Shown: one piece after another, positions 27,493 through 32,000 of the stretch
How the letters are laid out: each line of letters begins with the position of its first letter
Position numbering within the stretch: the first letter of the stretch is position 1
From: Pyrodictium delaneyi
Lineage (GTDB): Archaea; Thermoproteota; Thermoprotei_A; Sulfolobales; Pyrodictiaceae
Length of the DNA stretch: 32,000 nt
Assembly: GCF_001412615.1 (NCBI RefSeq)
Contig: NZ_CP013011.1
Location: 540,001-572,000, forward strand
Direction of reading: 5' to 3'
Position numbers and translations under genes: made by a program
Notes under the pieces: generated by a model
Told to the model about the DNA's origin: nothing
What the model saw: only the letters and a program-made list of their open reading frames with translations
Databases searched by the model: none

Positions 27493-28200
27493 ATGGTGGA
27501 GGTAGTTAACGTTTATGAGCACGAGCGCTACAAGGGCGTCTACGTAGTAGAACTCGAAGATGGATCTACACGCCTCGCCACAGTAAACCTAGCACCCGGG
27601 AAAAGAGTGTACGGCGAGAGGCTATTCAAGTGGGAGGACAAGGAACTCAGAGAGTGGAACCCCTATCGTAGTAAGCTTGCAGCAGCACTCCTAAAGGGTA
27701 TCGAAGAGCTCCCAATAAAGCCAGGGCACAGAATACTATACCTAGGTGCAGCAACAGGTACCACACCCAGCCATGTATCCGACATAATAGGGCTAGAAGG
27801 TAAGATATACGCGCTTGATGTAGCTCCACGTGTTATGAGGGAACTGATAGCGGTTTGTGAGACACGGCCAAACATGCTACCACTCCTAGCAGACGCTAAG
27901 AAGCCATACGAGTACCGTCACATAGTTGAGCTTGTTGACGGCGTATACGCGGATGTTGCACAGCCAGAGCAGGCAGAAATAGTCGCGGATAATGCGGACT
28001 TCTTCCTAAAGGAGGGCGGCTACCTCCTACTAGCGATAAAGGCTAGGAGCATCGACGTCACCAAGGAGCCTAGCGAGGTATTCCGCAACCAGATAGAGGT
28101 GCTAAAGAACCGTGGCTTCGAAATAGTAGACATGGTGCACCTAGAGCCCTTCGATAAAGATCACGCAATGGTTTATGCAAGGTATAAGCCGCAGAAATAA
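27493..28200 (+). CDS. flpA: fibrillarin-like rRNA/tRNA 2'-O-methyltransferase
   Basis: Motifs seen are [35 protein letters not shown] and DVAQPEQA. I take the start at ATG 27493; the tracked TTG is at 27475. Confidence 0.9.
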   Translation: MVEVVNVYEHERYKGVYVVELEDGSTRLATVNLAPGKRVYGERLFKWEDKELREWNPYRSKLAAALLKGIEELPIKPGHRILYLGAATGTTPSHVSDIIGLEGKIYALDVAPRVMRELIAVCETRPNMLPLLADAKKPYEYRHIVELVDGVYADVAQPEQAEIVADNADFFLKEGGYLLLAIKARSIDVTKEPSEVFRNQIEVLKNRGFEIVDMVHLEPFDKDHAMVYARYKPQK

Positions 28201-28445
28201 GCTCCAAAACACAATCTTTTAACTACACTTATGAAAATCAACAATAGACTAATACTATGCTGTTGATATCTTGTTTTGGTTTGATAACCATTTGTAGATT
28301 ATAATAATCAGCTACTTATAGGATATGGTTGGCAACACTGCATTGATTATATTGGTAACCTTCATACTTTCCAGTATATCTCGGGAAGCCAGAAGGAGTA
28401 TACTCTAACTCTAACCTAGCTGCACGGACTAAGGGAAGATAGGCT

Positions 28446-28880
28446 ATGGCTTATCCTGGGGAGAGACTACATCGATACATATATCACAAGGCATATAGAG
28501 ACAAGCAGTTCTTCGAATCTTTGCGCCCAGCAGAGTATAAGAACCTATCTGTGTTACTAGAAGAAGATGAGCCAGGTGTACGGCTGGCATCTGGACAATA
28601 CTATATGTTCAGCAGAGAGGATCTAGAGACTTTGAGGAATATGCTTCCTTGGTATCTACATAGCTTAGTAAAGCTTCCATTCTTCTTCATATACTCACGT
28701 ACTGGGCACGTCGGTAGTTATAAGCTGGTAGGGCCGGATAGGTGGGCTGCACGGGCAATAGGGTATATCCTAGAGGGCGACCTTACACAAGAGAAGTGGG
28801 AGCTTAGTGGGAGTGAAATGGAACGATTACTTGCGTTGCTTAAAAGCCTTATAATAGTCTCTCTATCAATTTCACTATAA
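28446..28880 (+). CDS. UPF0216/DUF61-family archaeal protein
   Basis: The pattern LSVLLEEDEPGVRLASGQYYMFSREDLETL...LPFFFIYSR resembles the DUF61 family. Confidence 0.55.
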   Translation: MAYPGERLHRYIYHKAYRDKQFFESLRPAEYKNLSVLLEEDEPGVRLASGQYYMFSREDLETLRNMLPWYLHSLVKLPFFFIYSRTGHVGSYKLVGPDRWAARAIGYILEGDLTQEKWELSGSEMERLLALLKSLIIVSLSISL

Positions 28881-28903
28881 ATAATGGGGTGGGGTTAGAA
28901 ACA

Positions 28904-29860
28904 ATGCGAGTCGTAGAGGACGTAGTGCGTGAAACGATAAAGACGCTGCAAATGTACGGATACAGTGTTGACAAGGTAGTATACCCAGAGGATCCTAGGA
29001 AGCGTAGCATAGACATTGTGGCTTCACGTAAGGGGGATAACCCGCTACTCGTAAAAGTCATTGATGATGCTATACAGTTGCAGCCAAGAGAGCTCAGAGA
29101 ACTTAGAGAGTGTAGCCTGCTCCTGGACGCAGCGGGGCTAGTAGTAGCTGATAGGGATAATGGTATCGAAATAGACGACATGGTGGCGCATGAGCGCTCT
29201 GGCGTCTATATAGTGAGTGCAGCTGGCTTGAGAGCGGCCCTTAGCAACTCCATCTACGTTGTAAGGAGGCAGGGCAACTACTACATGCGGGTAGACGGGG
29301 AGAAGCTTAGAGAAGAAAGGTCAAGGAAAGGCTACAGCCTAGGCGATCTAGCTTCAATGCTCAGTGTGAGCCGTAGAAGCATATACATGTATGAGCAAGA
29401 GGAAGTAGATATATCGTTGAACACTGCGCTGCGATTAATGGACATATTTGGTGAGGAAGTGTTTAAGCCTATACCTATACTCCGTGAGAAGCCGGAACAG
29501 CGACGTATCCAGAGGCTTCCAAGCCGTAGAGTTGGCAGCGAACCCTCTGAGACGGAGAAGGCAGTAGAGACCATAGTCAGGGCTGGTGGCGAGGCTGTCG
29601 AGACAAAGCGTATACCACCAGATGTAGTAGCTAGGCTAAGAGACGACAAGATGCTAATAGTTATAGAGCGTAAACGCGAGCGTCGCCTTGAAAAGAGAGT
29701 CTATGAAGCAGCAAAGGTGGCCATGAAGGTTGTCGCGAAAGTCATAGCTGTCACGCACAGACGCGAATACCGCAACGAGCTAGAGGACTACGGTGTAGAC
29801 GTATATACCAGTATTGACGAGTTTATATCAGAAGTTAGCATCGAAGAGGACCGGGAATAA
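28904..29860 (+). CDS. archaeal putative HTH-type (cro/C1) transcriptional regulator
   Basis: The central HTH is GYSLGDLASMLSVSRRSIYMYEQEE. The N-terminus MRVVEDVVRETIKTLQMYGYSV is typical of this conserved archaeal family. The tracked GTG at 28889 is an alternative start. Confidence 0.7.
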   Translation: MRVVEDVVRETIKTLQMYGYSVDKVVYPEDPRKRSIDIVASRKGDNPLLVKVIDDAIQLQPRELRELRECSLLLDAAGLVVADRDNGIEIDDMVAHERSGVYIVSAAGLRAALSNSIYVVRRQGNYYMRVDGEKLREERSRKGYSLGDLASMLSVSRRSIYMYEQEEVDISLNTALRLMDIFGEEVFKPIPILREKPEQRRIQRLPSRRVGSEPSETEKAVETIVRAGGEAVETKRIPPDVVARLRDDKMLIVIERKRERRLEKRVYEAAKVAMKVVAKVIAVTHRREYRNELEDYGVDVYTSIDEFISEVSIEEDRE

Positions 29861-29920
29861 GGAACACTAATAACAGCTCTTAAGAGGGACCTCTTCTCCT
29901 CCCGCCCTCCGGGAGCCTCA

Positions 29921-31249
29921 TTGGCGATAAGCCTGCGTAGCCGCATACATGTAGCTGAACTTCTCAGCAAGGGTGAGGTCGGTAAGGAGTATACAGTCGC
30001 TGGATGGGTTGATACCGTAAGAGCTCATGGCGGTATAGTGTTCGTTGTGCTACGTGATCGTACAGGAAAGATACAGCTAGTAGTCAAGAAAAATGTCTCA
30101 AAAGACGCCTGGAAGACAGCCAAGAACCTGACACCAGAGAGTGTGATAGCTGCACACGGAACTCTCGTAGAGAGCAAGGCGGCTCTAGGAGGTCGAGAAC
30201 TAGTAGTAAGCGAACTCGTAGTATACTCCAAGGCCGATCCACTGCCCATTGATATAAAGGATCACTCTAAGACTATACTTGCAAAGAGGCTCGACTGGCG
30301 GTTCCTAGACCTGCGTAACCCGAGGAACCTCTTGATATTCCTAGTCGAGGCAGAGATGGCTAGAGCGGCCCGCGAGTGGTTCTATGAGCATGGGTTCGTA
30401 GAGATATTCACCTCAAAGATAGTAGGTGCGGCGACGGAAGGCGGAGCCGAGGTCTTCAGCATAGTATACTTCGACAAGCCAGCCTTCCTAGCACAATCTC
30501 CACAGCTTTACAAGCAGATGGGTGTAATAGCTGGGTTTGAACGCGTATTTGAGATAGGACCTGCATTCCGTGCAGAGCCGCACCATACTACGCGTCATCT
30601 CACAGAATATACAAGTGTTGACCTAGAGATGGGATTCATAGACAGTTTTGAGGATGTTATGGATGCTGTTGAGGGAGTAGTTCGTGCGATGATAAGGCGG
30701 GCTATATCAGTCTACGGTAACCAGATAAGAGAATACTTCCCTGACGCTGTGCTGGAGGAGCCCAAGGACATACCAAGGATAACTATTCGTGAAGCATACA
30801 AGCTGCTAGAATCAGCTGGCGTAGAGGTGGAGTGGGGCGACGATCTTAGCAGCGAGGGTGAGAGAAAACTAGGCGAGATAATAGAGCGTGAATACGGCTC
30901 ACCAATAGTTTTCGTGACCGAATATCCATGGCGGGCTCGGCCATTCTATACTATGAAGAAACCAGATGACCCAGAATGGACTCTAAGCTTCGACCTACTC
31001 TTCCGCGGCTTAGAGATAGCTACTGGTGGTCAGCGTGAGCACCGTTACGAGGTGCTAGTCAAGCAGATAGAAGAGAAAGGACTAAATCCCAAGAACTTCG
31101 AGTGGTATCTCAACATGTTCCGCTATGGAGCACCACCGCATGGAGGTGCAGGTATAGGCCTTGAGAGAGTTGCTATGCAGCTACTAGGACTCGGCAACAT
31201 ACGTGAAGCCCGCTTGCTGCCACGTGATCCTGAGAGGCTAACCCCCTAG
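29921..31249 (+). CDS. aspS: aspartyl-tRNA synthetase (archaeal type)
   Basis: Class II motifs are FRAEPHHTTRHLTEYTSVDLEM and GGAGIGLERV. An N-terminal OB-fold anticodon-binding region is present. The start is TTG. Confidence 0.9.
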   Translation: MAISLRSRIHVAELLSKGEVGKEYTVAGWVDTVRAHGGIVFVVLRDRTGKIQLVVKKNVSKDAWKTAKNLTPESVIAAHGTLVESKAALGGRELVVSELVVYSKADPLPIDIKDHSKTILAKRLDWRFLDLRNPRNLLIFLVEAEMARAAREWFYEHGFVEIFTSKIVGAATEGGAEVFSIVYFDKPAFLAQSPQLYKQMGVIAGFERVFEIGPAFRAEPHHTTRHLTEYTSVDLEMGFIDSFEDVMDAVEGVVRAMIRRAISVYGNQIREYFPDAVLEEPKDIPRITIREAYKLLESAGVEVEWGDDLSSEGERKLGEIIEREYGSPIVFVTEYPWRARPFYTMKKPDDPEWTLSFDLLFRGLEIATGGQREHRYEVLVKQIEEKGLNPKNFEWYLNMFRYGAPPHGGAGIGLERVAMQLLGLGNIREARLLPRDPERLTP

Positions 31250-31544
31250 CCATCCCATAGTTAGCTTCCGTTTCTTTTAGCTCAGCCTCGATCGCTTTCT
31301 CAACATCTAGTCTCCCGGCGCATTACGACTAAAGTTAATTTCAATGAGAACTCTAGCTATGCCAGCACATAGTCTAATTATTGCAATCATGGAATATTGC
31401 AGATTGCAGGATTCAGCCCCCAGCGCCTCTTCATCGATATGAATCGTTAGTTCTCCGCGTCGTCTAGCCTCATCACGCCAGTGCGAGGTTTCCGAGAGAA
31501 TCATTATTAATGGTTATCGAAGCTGGCTGCTTAAATGGGAGTTA

Positions 31545-32000
31545 ATGATGCACCATGACTCTAGAGGTCCACGTCCAGCAGCGGTTATTCATCGGAAATG
31601 GCCGTTTGACGAGAAGCCATTACTAATATTCTGGGAGACAACTAAGGCATGTATGCTTGCATGTAAGCATTGTCGTGCCTCAGCAATACTCGAGCCCTTG
31701 CCTGGTGAATTAAGCCACGAGGAAGGGATTAAGCTTATAGACGATATAGCTGGCTTCGGTAAGCCTTCCCCAATTCTCGTGTTTACTGGTGGCGATCCAC
31801 TAATGAGGAAGGATATATGGAGTCTAGTAGCTAGGGCAAAGGAGCATGACATAACTGTAGCTATGGCACCCGCCATTACACCGAAGCTCACGGATGCTGA
31901 GATAAGGAAAATGGTTGAGATGGGAGTAAGTGGTATAAGTATAAGTCTTGATGGTAGTAGGCCAGAGATACATGATAGTATACGCGGTGTTTCCGGTGTC
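31545..32000 (+). CDS. radical SAM protein (PqqE/AhbD-like), N-terminal part, runs off window
   Basis: My own translation from ATG 31545 reads MMHHDSRGPRPAAVIHRKWPFDEKPLLIFWETTKACMLACKHCRA...ILVFTGGDPLMRKD...GISISLDG. The CxxxCxxC cluster and the GGDPL motif are present. The ORF is absent from the ORF track because it has no stop in the window. Confidence 0.8.
   Translation, partial: MMHHDSRGPRPAAVIHRKWPFDEKPLLIFWETTKACMLACKHCRASAILEPLPGELSHEEGIKLIDDIAGFGKPSPILVFTGGDPLMRKDIWSLVARAKEHDITVAMAPAITPKLTDAEIRKMVEMGVSGISISLDGSRPEIHDSIRGVSGV

Noticed and set aside
28201-28445. A/T-rich 245-bp spacer after flpA considered as a second origin
   Set aside because: It has no ORB-like box; only TCCAGT occurs once. 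It contains small palindromes (TGGTT-TGAT-AACCA; ATCAACA...TGTTGAT). It is more simply a terminator or promoter region for the DUF61 gene.
31307-31504. 65-aa ORF as a real protein or a RiPP precursor for the radical SAM enzyme
   Set aside because: It is on the opposite strand to the radical SAM gene and is not Cys- or Gly-rich. It leaves only 40 bp for the downstream promoter. It is not reported as a feature.

Overview
This window looks like a chromosomal core region of a hyperthermophilic crenarchaeon, judged from the 16S 5' fragment, Elf1, Sec61beta, TiaS, Tsr3, Nop5/fibrillarin and ether-lipid genes. The species cannot be named without a database search. The left end is a stable-RNA island: the 5' ~400 nt of 16S rRNA (minus strand) with its leader and promoter, tRNA-Ala(CGC), tRNA-His(GTG) and an RNase P RNA. 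Two G+C-rich hairpin-dense stretches in this island remain unassigned. The rest is densely packed housekeeping. RNA maturation genes are tiaS, tsr3, cca, taw3, nop5-flpA and aspS. Four archaeal membrane-lipid genes are present: GGGP synthase, GGPP synthase, geranylgeranyl reductase and DGGGP synthase. There is also one PCNA subunit, an ABC transporter operon, an MTAP/SIS-like/ATP-grasp operon, and several small regulators and orphan proteins. I saw no CRISPR array, transposase, integrase or obvious defence system. The most interesting signal is non-coding. The 500-bp gene-free spacer between sec61beta and tiaS carries four ORB-like boxes (TCCAGTRGAAAC-N3-GGGGT type). Two of them form a 19/21 inverted pair around a 27-43% G+C core. 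This is the architecture of a crenarchaeal replication origin, yet no orc1/cdc6 or whiP gene lies in the window. Other items worth a second look are a 630-bp ORF-free gap between convergent genes, a strong G+C mosaic (about 67% versus about 40% between neighbouring operons), and several overlapping gene pairs that join orphan proteins to known enzymes. All functional calls come from motif recognition by eye. No search was run.
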